Shown here piece by piece: positions 23,780-31,945 of a stretch of DNA of 32,000 bases. The stretch is from Opitutales bacterium (GTDB lineage: Bacteria; Verrucomicrobiota; Verrucomicrobiia; Opitutales; PNEW01): NCBI GenBank assembly GCA_965219535.1, contig CBDCNV010000002.1:1620001-1652000 (forward strand), read 5' to 3'. Under the pieces are notes generated by a model. That model worked only from the letters and a program-made list of their open reading frames with translations, did not search any database and was not told the DNA's origin. The number at the start of each line of letters is the position of its first letter. Position 1 is the stretch's first letter. The position numbers were made by a program, and so were the translations under genes.

Positions 23780-25615
23780 TTAATTATAAACGATGGGGAT
23801 GCGAACGAGACCCATGGCGGGTTTTCCGTCTCTTAGGGAGGGAGCAAAGCGCCATTGTTTGACTGCTTTCAAAGTCGGTTCTTCCAATTCCTTATGGGTA
23901 GATTCTTCGACTGTGATACTAGTGACATAACCTCTTTTACTGACCTGTAATCTAAGGAGCACACGTCCTTTAGTAATTTTATCCATAATGTAACCTGGCA
24001 GTTCGGGCTGGGTCACATCGATCGGACGAGGTGGTTTGTATTTAATACTCCCTCTTACGTAGTCTTCGCGCTGCTGTTTTAAATAATCCTTCCGGTGGCT
24101 ATATGATTTAGCGCGTTCCCAGAATTTATCGACAGTAGTGTGCATATCCTCTTTCGTATCGTCGAGAGCAGCCAATATGCCGTCACCCACTTTGGAACCA
24201 TGCTCAGCTGATCTAATCACCCAATAATAAAATAAATCATCATTCTGATCGACAACGATTCCTTTATAATACCAATGTGCGAGGCGCATCTCCGCCCGAT
24301 GATAATTTTGTGCCGCTGATGCGCGTAGTAGCTCTAAGGATTTTTCGATATCCTGATCAATCGCAAGTCCGAGGAAATAATATTCGGAGACGAGAAGCTG
24401 TGCCCGGGCGTAACCGAGCTCACTTGCTTCCTGGTAATAGGCTAAAGCCAGGTTTTCGTCGACCTCTACACCCAGTCCTTTTTTATGGATATGTCCGAGT
24501 AAATATTTAGCGAGTGAGCTGCCTTGTTCACTCGCCTCGGTAAGCAATTTACGGCCTTTTTCATAATCTTTTTTAACGCCGCGACCCAATATGTAAGCGC
24601 GTCCTAATAAAGTTAAGGCACGGGTATCCTTTTGCTCGGCGGCATAGCTGTACCAATGGATAGCCTGATTGAAATCCTGTTCAATGTTAATACCCGATTC
24701 ATACCAAAAGCCCAAATTGCTTTGAGCTTTGGCATCACCCTGTATAGCGGCCTGTCGATTCCATAGGAGGGCTTTTTCGGTTTCCGCTTCAAAACCTTTA
24801 TCACTTTCTAAAATATCAATTAATTGCTCGACTGCGGGACGGTAACCCAACGCTGCCGCTTGTTCGTAATAAGCAATCGCTTTCTTCAAATTTGGTTTTC
24901 CCGACACACTTTTTTCATAGTAGAGACCTAAGCGCCACAGGGCTAAGGGGTGGTCGAGCTCAGCTGCTTTTTCCCACCAGGATACTGCTTTCTTAAGATT
25001 GTACGGTACACTTCGCCCTAAAAAGTGAAGCATTCCCAGGTTATAGTAAGCGGTCTTATTGTTGGCGGCCGCCTGTTCTCTATTCCAATTTAAAACGCGG
25101 TCATAGTTTTGAGTAAATTCATCAGCTACGATGGTCATCCAACCAATTTTTTTGTTGACTGTCGGATTGGCAGCCAGATTTTTTTCAGCAAGAACGCGAT
25201 ACCGAGCAGCGGCGGCATTATCTTCAATAGGTTTCGCACTATCAGAAAATTTCCACACCATATAACGGGCGGCTGCTACGTCACCGCGGACGGTCGCCTG
25301 ACGCAGATAGAGTTCACTGAGGATATCATCGAGGTCAACGCCGAGTCCAAGTTCATGCATTAACCCCAGCCATGTCAGGGCCTCCGTATTTTTTTTTAAA
25401 CTCAAAGGGAGAAGGATAGCTTGAGTCCTTGCGTAATCACCTTTTTCGAATGCGCTGAGTGCCAGAGCCAATTGCTCGGAAGGGTCAGCATTCTCAATTG
25501 TTTGTTCTGTCTCGGCGATTGCGGCGCTTAACGGTAAGAAAAGAGAGCAATATGACAGGATAATTGTCCTCAGTAAAACGACAATTAACTTAAATTCTCT
25601 TGCCGTTAAGTGCAT
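23780..25615 (-). CDS. Secreted Sel1-like repeat (SLR/TPR) protein with C-terminal TonB-C-like domain
   Basis: Many A-x-x-W-Y-x-x-A-A-x-x-G-x-x-x-A-x-x-x-L-G-x-x-Y units are present (AVSWWEKAAELDHPLALWRLGLYY, AIAYYEQAAALGYRPA, AIHWYSYAAEQKDTRALTLLGRAY...). The C-terminal ...GRVLLRLQVSKRGYVTSITVEESTHKELEEPTLKAVKQWRFAPSLRDGKPAMGLVRIPIVY is a TonB_C fold signature. I prefer the ATG at 25615 (MHLTAREFKLIVVLL..., a signal peptide) over the GTG at 25645. Confidence 0.75.
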   Translation of the reverse strand: MHLTAREFKLIVVLLRTIILSYCSLFLPLSAAIAETEQTIENADPSEQLALALSAFEKGDYARTQAILLPLSLKKNTEALTWLGLMHELGLGVDLDDILSELYLRQATVRGDVAAARYMVWKFSDSAKPIEDNAAAARYRVLAEKNLAANPTVNKKIGWMTIVADEFTQNYDRVLNWNREQAAANNKTAYYNLGMLHFLGRSVPYNLKKAVSWWEKAAELDHPLALWRLGLYYEKSVSGKPNLKKAIAYYEQAAALGYRPAVEQLIDILESDKGFEAETEKALLWNRQAAIQGDAKAQSNLGFWYESGINIEQDFNQAIHWYSYAAEQKDTRALTLLGRAYILGRGVKKDYEKGRKLLTEASEQGSSLAKYLLGHIHKKGLGVEVDENLALAYYQEASELGYARAQLLVSEYYFLGLAIDQDIEKSLELLRASAAQNYHRAEMRLAHWYYKGIVVDQNDDLFYYWVIRSAEHGSKVGDGILAALDDTKEDMHTTVDKFWERAKSYSHRKDYLKQQREDYVRGSIKYKPPRPIDVTQPELPGYIMDKITKGRVLLRLQVSKRGYVTSITVEESTHKELEEPTLKAVKQWRFAPSLRDGKPAMGLVRIPIVYN

Positions 25616-25963
25616 GCAAAAGTTCTGGGTTTTAGGGTGTCGCACAGCTGTTAAAGTTAAATATACTAAACACTTACATACCTAGCGTCAAGCGAGGGAG
25701 GGAGAAAAGCGATAACCCGAAAACTGGATGCACTAGGTAATCGGGATAGAGAGAAAATATATGCAAAAAGCGTATGAGCACGATGAAATTATAAGAGTTT
25801 AAAAATAGCAGAATGTTCCAGCCGAAGGTGCGTCTGCACACGCTAATTGATTCTCTAATTCACACTATCTCCATACGGTACAAAGATTGAAGAGAGGAAT
25901 CGACATTAGATAATCAAACCCGTTGTCAGCACCTTCTAAGGCTAACCGGGAATTACACAATGC

Positions 25964-26608
25964 CTACAGGTCACGGACGACAGCTTTAGCAACGCCCTGA
26001 ATGATGAGTTCGGCGACGGGATAAAGCTCCGGGAATAGTTTATTTTCTGCTTTAAGGTAAGGGGCACAACCGGATTTTTTTACAAAGCGCTTTAATGTCG
26101 TTTCTCCATCGATAAGCCCAGCGACGATATCGTTGTTTTTAGGTGGTCGTTGTTCGAGGATGACGGTGTCACCATCGTAGATTCCAGCATCGACCATACT
26201 TTCACCTTGTACTTTAAGGGCGAAACAGCGACGTGAGCGATGATGCCCCGCAGTCTCTATATCGACTTGGAGCCGACCGATTTCACCGGAAGCTTCCACC
26301 CCATCCGGGTAGCCGGCGGCGATATTGCCATAGACGGGTAGTTCGATTATATCGATAGCATTTTCAGGCTTTTTCTCATCTTCAAATTCCATCGTGATAC
26401 GGAAAGTGCGCGCCTGGCCGGGGACGCGGCTGATATAACCTTTTTTCTCCAGAGCACGCAAGTGACCCATGACCGCATTGGTGCTTTTAAAACCAAAGTG
26501 TGACTGAATTTCCCTGAAACTCGGCCAAGTATTATTGGTTCGCATGTGAAGGAGGATATATCCCAATATCTCCTGTTGTCTGATGGTGAGGTCTTCCATC
26601 GTGGCCAT
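25964..26608 (-). CDS. lexA: LexA repressor (SOS regulator, S24 peptidase)
   Basis: An N-terminal wHTH (LTIRQQEILGYIL...PSFREIQSHFGFKSTNAVMGHLRALEKKGYI), an Ala-Gly cleavage site (NIAAGYP), the catalytic Ser (VQGESM) and Lys (TLKRF). The track start at 26638 is a TTG that coincides with the -35 box, so I use the ATG at 26608. The ATG at 26599 is also possible. Confidence 0.9.
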   Translation of the reverse strand: MATMEDLTIRQQEILGYILLHMRTNNTWPSFREIQSHFGFKSTNAVMGHLRALEKKGYISRVPGQARTFRITMEFEDEKKPENAIDIIELPVYGNIAAGYPDGVEASGEIGRLQVDIETAGHHRSRRCFALKVQGESMVDAGIYDGDTVILEQRPPKNNDIVAGLIDGETTLKRFVKKSGCAPYLKAENKLFPELYPVAELIIQGVAKAVVRDL

Positions 26609-26609
26609 T

Positions 26610-26638
26610 TGTATAGATAAACAATTGTTCACTGTCAA
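26610..26638 (-). promoter_or_regulatory. lexA promoter with embedded SOS (LexA) box
   Basis: The minus strand shows TTGACA (26633-26638), a 17-nt spacer and TATACA (26610-26615). The spacer contains GAACAATTGTTT (26619-26630), a GAAC-N4-GTTC Cheo-type box with one mismatch whose AACAATTGTT core is a perfect palindrome. Confidence 0.6.
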
Positions 26639-26677
26639 GGGGATTATTAGATAACGATGATGAGTAAATGGGTAAAA

Positions 26678-26781
26678 GCGGAAATGCGTATAAGCGTGAA
26701 AGCGTGTATGCGGAAACCGTTAAGATTAATCCTGCATCTTGTATCAATCCGGCTTTCTGGATGTCCGGCTTGGAAGATGTC
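26678..26781. repeat. 8-bp-phased intergenic repeat array (GCG-type octamers plus 16-bp cggcttNNNgatgtc doublet)
   Basis: gcggaaat gcgtataa gcgtgaaa gcgtgtat gcggaaac is followed by cggctttctggatgtc cggcttggaagatgtc (26750-26781). The first block recurs at 28411-28456. The second is the reverse complement of units in 30809-30900. Confidence 0.8.
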
Positions 26782-26957
26782 GTTATGCGATCCGCCGTCC
26801 TTACGCCGTAGCGAAACTATGGCGTGGTAAACTGCGGAACTCGGAACTGGTTTTCTGGCCGACTGGCAGCCCACTTCACTTTGTAACTTTGTAAAATATG
26901 TTAAATTTGAGTTATGCATAAATGGTGGAACGCGCAGTCTCTAGCGCGTTTAATTAA

Positions 26958-26994
26958 ATAATAATGAAATAAGAAGCGTGCTGAGACAGCCCGC
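26958..26994 (-). terminator. Putative intrinsic terminator of asnS
   Basis: On the minus strand GCGGGCTG-TCT-CAGCACGC forms a 7-bp stem with one internal mismatch. It is followed by TTCTTATTTCATTATTATTT and starts 11 nt after the asnS stop. Confidence 0.4.
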
Positions 26995-27004
26995 TCCACC
27001 TATT

Positions 27005-28387
27005 TCAAAAATCCGCGCTACCTGGGGTGCGCGGGAAAGGGATAACATCGCGGATATTAGGGACGCCGCTTAAAAACATAAGCATGCGCTCGAACCCAAG
27101 GCCAAATCCACTGTGAGGGACCGTTCCGTATTTACGCAATTCCAGATACCACCAGTATTCATTCTGATCCAGATGATGGTCTTTTAAATTACCTAAGAGT
27201 ACGTCGAACCTTTCTTCCCTTTGGCTACCTCCGACTATTTCACCAATCCCAGGTACAAGCACATCCATTGCTCTAACCGTATCTTCATTTTCGTTTAAGC
27301 GCATGTAGAAGGGTTTAATTTGCTTGGGATAATTGTATACCGTGATGGGACATTTGAAATGTACTTCCGTAAGAAATCGCTCATGTTCGGATTGAAGATT
27401 GGCACCATAGGCGACAGGGAATTTAAAGTTCTGACCGGACTTTGTAAGAATATCTACGGCATCACCATAGTTAATACGCTCGAAAGGCCGTTCGACGACA
27501 AAGTTCAAACGTTTGATCAGTTCCTTATCAACAAACCGGTTAAAGAGCTGCAAATCTTCATCGCAATGGGTCAGAGTATCCTGGACGAGATATTTTACAA
27601 TGGATTCCGCCAAGTCCATGTCCCCATCGAGATCGCAAAAAGCCATTTCCGGTTCGATCATCCAGAATTCACTCGCGTGTCTTGAGGTATTAGAATTCTC
27701 AGCGCGAAAAGTCGGTCCAAAAGTGTAGACTTTAGTGAAGGCGGTTGCAAAAATCTCGGCTTCGAGTTGGCCGCTTACAGTTAAATACGTTGGGCGAGCA
27801 AAAAAATCTTTTGTATAATCGATTTCACTATCACCATTACCCTCTGACTTGCCGTCGAGTGTGGTAACGCGAAAAAGTTCACCCGCACCTTCACAATCAC
27901 TTGCAGTGATAATCGGGGTATGCACGAGAATAAAATCTCGCTCCTGAAAAAAGTTGTGAATGGCGTAAGATAAACGATTGCGCAATCTAAAGATACAACC
28001 AAAGAGATTAGAGCGCGGACGCAAGTGCGCGATCTCGCGAAGGAATTCCGGGCTGTGTCCTTTTTTCTGCAAGGGATAAGATTCATCTGATGATCCGATA
28101 AGCTCGACTCCATCTGCACACAACTCCCACTGCTGGCCTTTCCCCGCAGATTCAACTAACTTACCAGATACCTTGACCGAAGCCCCTGTTGTCAACTGAT
28201 CAATGATTACATAATCTGGCAGAGCGACATCGACAATGATTTGAAGATTCTTCAGGCAGGAGCCATCATTGATCTCAATAAACGAAAATGTTTTGGAATC
28301 CCTCCGCGTGCGGACCCAGCCTTCAACCCGTACACTATCCCTTGGTGACTTACTGGAGAGCGCCTCCTTTACGAGTAGTTTTTCCAT
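27005..28387 (-). CDS. asnS: Asparagine--tRNA ligase
   Basis: Class IIb aaRS motifs: FRAENSNTSRHASEFWMIEPEMAF, GGSQREERFD, GFGLGFERMLMFLSGVPNIRDVIPFPRTPG. It has an N-terminal OB fold and is 460 aa. Confidence 0.95.
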   Translation of the reverse strand: MEKLLVKEALSSKSPRDSVRVEGWVRTRRDSKTFSFIEINDGSCLKNLQIIVDVALPDYVIIDQLTTGASVKVSGKLVESAGKGQQWELCADGVELIGSSDESYPLQKKGHSPEFLREIAHLRPRSNLFGCIFRLRNRLSYAIHNFFQERDFILVHTPIITASDCEGAGELFRVTTLDGKSEGNGDSEIDYTKDFFARPTYLTVSGQLEAEIFATAFTKVYTFGPTFRAENSNTSRHASEFWMIEPEMAFCDLDGDMDLAESIVKYLVQDTLTHCDEDLQLFNRFVDKELIKRLNFVVERPFERINYGDAVDILTKSGQNFKFPVAYGANLQSEHERFLTEVHFKCPITVYNYPKQIKPFYMRLNENEDTVRAMDVLVPGIGEIVGGSQREERFDVLLGNLKDHHLDQNEYWWYLELRKYGTVPHSGFGLGFERMLMFLSGVPNIRDVIPFPRTPGSADF

Positions 28388-28393
28388 AACTTT

Positions 28394-28566
28394 TAGTCAA
28401 AAAGTCAAAAGGGGAAAGCGGAAATGCGATTAAGCGAACATGAGTATATGCGGAACAGCTAAGTATCTTCCACTGATAACTGATCACCAGATTACTCCTT
28501 TTTGACCAATTGACAATACTTCTCCTCATTCACGCATTACCGCTTATTCGCATTTACGTATTATCG
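28394..28566. repeat. 8-bp-phased intergenic repeat arrays between asnS and the BNR gene
   Basis: tagtcaaa aagtcaaa, then gcggaaat gcgattaa gcgaacat gagtatat gcggaaca (28411-28450), ttgaccaa ttgacaat (28503-28518), and the inverted type tcacgcat taccgctt attcgcat ttacgtat tatcgcaa tcacgtat (28529-28576). The last block overlaps the final codons of the BNR gene. Confidence 0.8.
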
Positions 28567-28569
28567 CAA

Positions 28570-29583
28570 TCACGTATTATCGATCAATATTAAGCCGCGT
28601 ATTTCGGATTCGTTATTTACCGCACTGGTATGAAAGACACAATAGAGCTCGCCGCCTGGCAGACGCGCGATCGAAGGATATCCGCATGCTGAAGCCCAAC
28701 CACAGTAGGTGCCCGGTGACTTGTACAATTGTCCTTCATAATGCCATGATTGACCGCAATCATAACTGAGACTATAGCTAATACCCGGTCGATCGGGTTC
28801 CATATCCCGATAAACACAGATAATAGCGGTCTCTAACTGAAACACGCAGGGGCAATGTCCTTTAAAACCTGTTTTCTCAACAGGAGTCCAGGAGACCCCC
28901 CTATCGGTGGAATAAGACTGGTATGTTTCATAGGGTTCGTCATCAGTGCGAATAGACGCGATGAGACGGCCATCGTGAAGTCTCAGTAAATCAGCCTCGC
29001 GGAAATTGATCTCCGAATTTGAGGCGATGACGACAAGGTCGTTCCAGGTTTCCCCCCTATCAGTTGAGACTGCGACTCCGACTTCAGTCGGCGCGTCTTT
29101 CACATCGGCGCCCTGGAATGCGACCATTATTTTATCGTCGGGACATCCTTGGGTTATACCCTGTCCAGAAGGTTCGTTCCAGTCCTTAAAAATGTGAACA
29201 GCAGGTCCAATCTTATCCCACGTGCGACCATGGTCGGAAGAAAAAGTCGAATGTACAGTAAAACGTCCAGTATCAAAGTTTGATTTTTGTAAGAGCATTA
29301 CCAATTGACCCTCTGAAAGCTGAAGTATTCTTTGTGCACCGAGCCAGGCCCAACCAGGTTCAGCAATCAATGCCATGGGTTCCTCCCAGCTACGCCCTCC
29401 ATCCTGCGACCAGGTACCGACGACGGCACCATGAGAGAGATTGAAAATGTCCCATCCTACACGATAAGCAACGAACAACTCTCCATCCGGTAAGCATTGC
29501 AATCCTGCCCGCGAGCGATGTCTTTTTGATGGACCGCCCGCGATCACGACCTCATCAATAATTTCAATCGGATTGTCTTTCAT
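28570..29583 (-). CDS. BNR/Asp-box repeat protein (sialidase/exo-alpha-sialidase-like beta-propeller)
   Basis: Five Asp-boxes are present: SQDGGRSW, SSDHGRTW, STDRGETW, STDRGVSW, SYDCGQSW. Confidence 0.8.
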   Translation of the reverse strand: MKDNPIEIIDEVVIAGGPSKRHRSRAGLQCLPDGELFVAYRVGWDIFNLSHGAVVGTWSQDGGRSWEEPMALIAEPGWAWLGAQRILQLSEGQLVMLLQKSNFDTGRFTVHSTFSSDHGRTWDKIGPAVHIFKDWNEPSGQGITQGCPDDKIMVAFQGADVKDAPTEVGVAVSTDRGETWNDLVVIASNSEINFREADLLRLHDGRLIASIRTDDEPYETYQSYSTDRGVSWTPVEKTGFKGHCPCVFQLETAIICVYRDMEPDRPGISYSLSYDCGQSWHYEGQLYKSPGTYCGWASACGYPSIARLPGGELYCVFHTSAVNNESEIRGLILIDNT

Positions 29584-29713
29584 CAGTTATTATTTTTCAA
29601 TCACACAATTACTTAATTGCTATGAATCCACAAATATTTAGTTATCGTTATAATAACTTTGTTCAAGCAATACTCATTTAATATCCCTGACTTAAACTTT
29701 CATTGATTAATTT

Positions 29714-30763
29714 ATGGCAAAAAAAAATTATAAAGCGGCGATCATAGGTGTTGGTTTCATTGGCGGAGCGGACCAGGTTTCTGGCGATGCCTTGGGCCAG
29801 CTAGTAAGCAATATGGATGGCACCCATTACCAAGCTTTTGATAAACAGCCACGTGTCGAAGTCGTAGCGGGAAGCAGTCGCGATGCCGGGCGGCGGGAAC
29901 GATTTGAAAAAAGGTCGGGAGCAAAAACCTACGAGGACTGGAGGGAAATGATCGATAAGGAAGCCATTGATATTGTCAGTGTGGCGACTTATACACCGGT
30001 CCATGCCGAAATTACGATCGCCTGTGTAGAGAAAGGGATTCCAGTTATATATTGTGAAAAACCCATTGCCACTTATCAATCTGATGCAGAAAAAATGGTT
30101 CAAACCTGCGAGCAAGCGGGGGTTCTTTTAGTAATCAATCATAATCGACGATTTAATAATAACTTTCGACGATTACGCGGCACGATAGAAGATGGCATTT
30201 TAGGGGGGCTGACTTCCGCAACGATGCAGTGGCCAAATGGTCGATTAGGAAACGTTGGCACGCACATGATCGATGGTATGCGCATGCTTCTTGGGAGCGA
30301 AGTAAAAGCAGTATCGGGAACGCTCGATCTAGCAGGTAAACCTGATTGTCGTGGACCTGATTTCAGTGATCCTGGAGGATGGGGGATGATGCGTATGGAA
30401 AACGGTTTAATCGTGATAGTTGATGCTGCTGATTACTCGATGACACCCCACAGCATTAATATCAACGGTAAGAAGGGCAGAGCTATCGTCCATGGGTCTA
30501 GTGTAGTGTCATTTGAGTTTTGGGATACCGGGCGAAAAGATCACTGGGCTGATCCACATCCAGGGACAACGTCAATGGATACCGCAGTCAATGAAATCGT
30601 AGAATGGTTAGATGAGGGTAAAACATTTCCCTATCATGCGAGCGAAGCTCTAGGGACGCATGAAGCGATTGTCGCATTTCACGCTTCACACGCGCACAAC
30701 TCAAAGTGGATTGAATTACCGCTAAAGGGAACTGATCGTGAGATTGCGGTAAACAGCGGCTAA
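29714..30763 (+). CDS. Gfo/Idh/MocA-family NAD(P)-dependent oxidoreductase
   Basis: An N-terminal Rossmann motif (KAAIIGVGFIGG), EKP (CEKPIA) and NHNRRF motifs. Confidence 0.8.
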   Translation: MAKKNYKAAIIGVGFIGGADQVSGDALGQLVSNMDGTHYQAFDKQPRVEVVAGSSRDAGRRERFEKRSGAKTYEDWREMIDKEAIDIVSVATYTPVHAEITIACVEKGIPVIYCEKPIATYQSDAEKMVQTCEQAGVLLVINHNRRFNNNFRRLRGTIEDGILGGLTSATMQWPNGRLGNVGTHMIDGMRMLLGSEVKAVSGTLDLAGKPDCRGPDFSDPGGWGMMRMENGLIVIVDAADYSMTPHSININGKKGRAIVHGSSVVSFEFWDTGRKDHWADPHPGTTSMDTAVNEIVEWLDEGKTFPYHASEALGTHEAIVAFHASHAHNSKWIELPLKGTDREIAVNSG

Positions 30764-30768
30764 AACAA

Positions 30769-30985
30769 TTTCGGATTTCGGAATGCGGATTGCAGATTGA
30801 TGCAGGAGTAGAAAGCCGTAGAGCCAGAAAGCCGGAGATCCGGAAAGCCAGACATCAGGTAAGCCAGAAAACGGGAAAGCCGGAGATCCGGAATGCCAAG
30901 TTTGTTCAGGATGCAAGATTGCTAGAGAGTGATAAGTGGAAGAGGCTCCGCTTTTACGCATTACCGCGTGTTCGCATTATCGCTA
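30769..30985. repeat. About 27 consecutive 8-bp-phased units filling the convergent intergenic region
   Basis: tttcggat ttcggaat gcggattg cagattga tgcaggag tagaaagc cgtagagc cagaaagc cggagatc cggaaagc cagacatc aggtaagc cagaaaac gggaaagc cggagatc cggaatgc caagtttg ... gctccgct tttacgca ttaccgcg tgttcgca ttatcgct. A 48-bp super-repeat is visible (gaaagccggagatccggaa[at]gcca at 30826 and 30874). Confidence 0.85.
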
Positions 30986-31054
30986 TTCCTCAAGAACCCT
31001 GGACGATCCAAATATTATATTCGCCGTAAGATTTAATTCGCGCGCGCGAATTTT

Positions 31055-31945
31055 TCATTTCGATATCGGGGTTAATGCTGGGGACAGATTTATCAATATA
31101 TATTTTCCCCCCGGGCAAACACCACAAAGCCTGCTCGCGATATTAATTGGCCTGCCGATATAATCATTATCGAAGGATAGTTTACTGGCCAGTCCAAATG
31201 AGATACCGGCGCCTATCTCTTCTGGAGCGCCGTGGGTAAAATGTGGGCTCTGTCTAACTATCTGCCAGTTACTATTAAGCGCGGAGGTTCCCTCGACGCA
31301 GACATCAATAGCAATTTTACGGTCTTCGACACCTGTTTGCCAAATGGCCAAGTATCCATCACCCGCAAATTTAATTAAATCCGGTGGGTATTTAGAAAAT
31401 CCCCGGTTGGCAACATTGTAGAAAGAAGACATGAGTCCACACAAGTATGGGGACTCGATATTCGGCTGTTCACAAAAGGTTGAAAAGCCACGCATATCAA
31501 TTGAGGAGACAAGAATCTCGCAGGGATGACCGAACTCGATCGACGATTCCATGTTATCCGCGAGATCATAATTATTAAAAATCAAGTCTTCGAATTTAAA
31601 TAAGGTGAGCTTCGAAGCTGCATTGGTCGTTAGATATAAACCGTGATCATGGAGATCATATGCCCGGGGAAAGTAAGAGAGTTCCGTGCCCTCATCGCCA
31701 TTTGATGAGGTGGTATGAAACCGAGCTATATAACTGCGAATATTATCACGCGCACCTGATAGGCTTCTTAAGATTACGGCGACATCTGTTTCTTCTGAAA
31801 CGATAGGATCACCATCGCCATCAATAGTGTAAGCTATCTGCACGTATTGCGGGTTGACATGCAAATAGTGACTACAAATATCCCAGAAATCCCGAAAGTT
31901 CAGATTAGGAATCGGGTAATGTCGTTCTATGGAATCGGCACACAT
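31055..31945 (-). CDS. Class III adenylate/guanylate cyclase catalytic domain protein with uncharacterised ~130-aa N-terminal region
   Basis: ILVSSIDMRGFSTFCEQ (metal Asp), LIKFAGDGYLAIW, IGAGISFGLA, DYIGRPINIASRLCGVCPGGKYIL are the canonical CHD motifs. Confidence 0.7.
   Translation of the reverse strand: MCADSIERHYPIPNLNFRDFWDICSHYLHVNPQYVQIAYTIDGDGDPIVSEETDVAVILRSLSGARDNIRSYIARFHTTSSNGDEGTELSYFPRAYDLHDHGLYLTTNAASKLTLFKFEDLIFNNYDLADNMESSIEFGHPCEILVSSIDMRGFSTFCEQPNIESPYLCGLMSSFYNVANRGFSKYPPDLIKFAGDGYLAIWQTGVEDRKIAIDVCVEGTSALNSNWQIVRQSPHFTHGAPEEIGAGISFGLASKLSFDNDYIGRPINIASRLCGVCPGGKYILINLSPALTPISK

Noticed and set aside
26640-26925. ORFs 26532-26747 (-) and 26647-26919 (-), and a possible ncRNA (SRP/6S-like) in the asnS-lexA spacer.
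   Set aside because: The ORFs run through the octamer repeat blocks and the lexA promoter. I could not find SRP (GGAA/AGCA loop) or other diagnostic ncRNA motifs. The similarity to 'gaaagccgga' is to the repeat family, not to an RNA gene.
30722-31029. Track ORFs 30722-30961 (-) and 30790-31029 (+) as genes encoding repeat proteins (SGSPAF..., KPEIRKA...).
   Set aside because: Both strands are open only because of the low-complexity 8-bp repeat. The period is not a multiple of 3, the ORFs overlap each other entirely, and they lack start contexts.
31055-31945. Calling the cyclase a Pycsar (PycC) defence cyclase.
   Set aside because: No effector gene is adjacent within the window, and the downstream side is a convergent intergenic repeat. 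I kept it only as a low-interest item to check.
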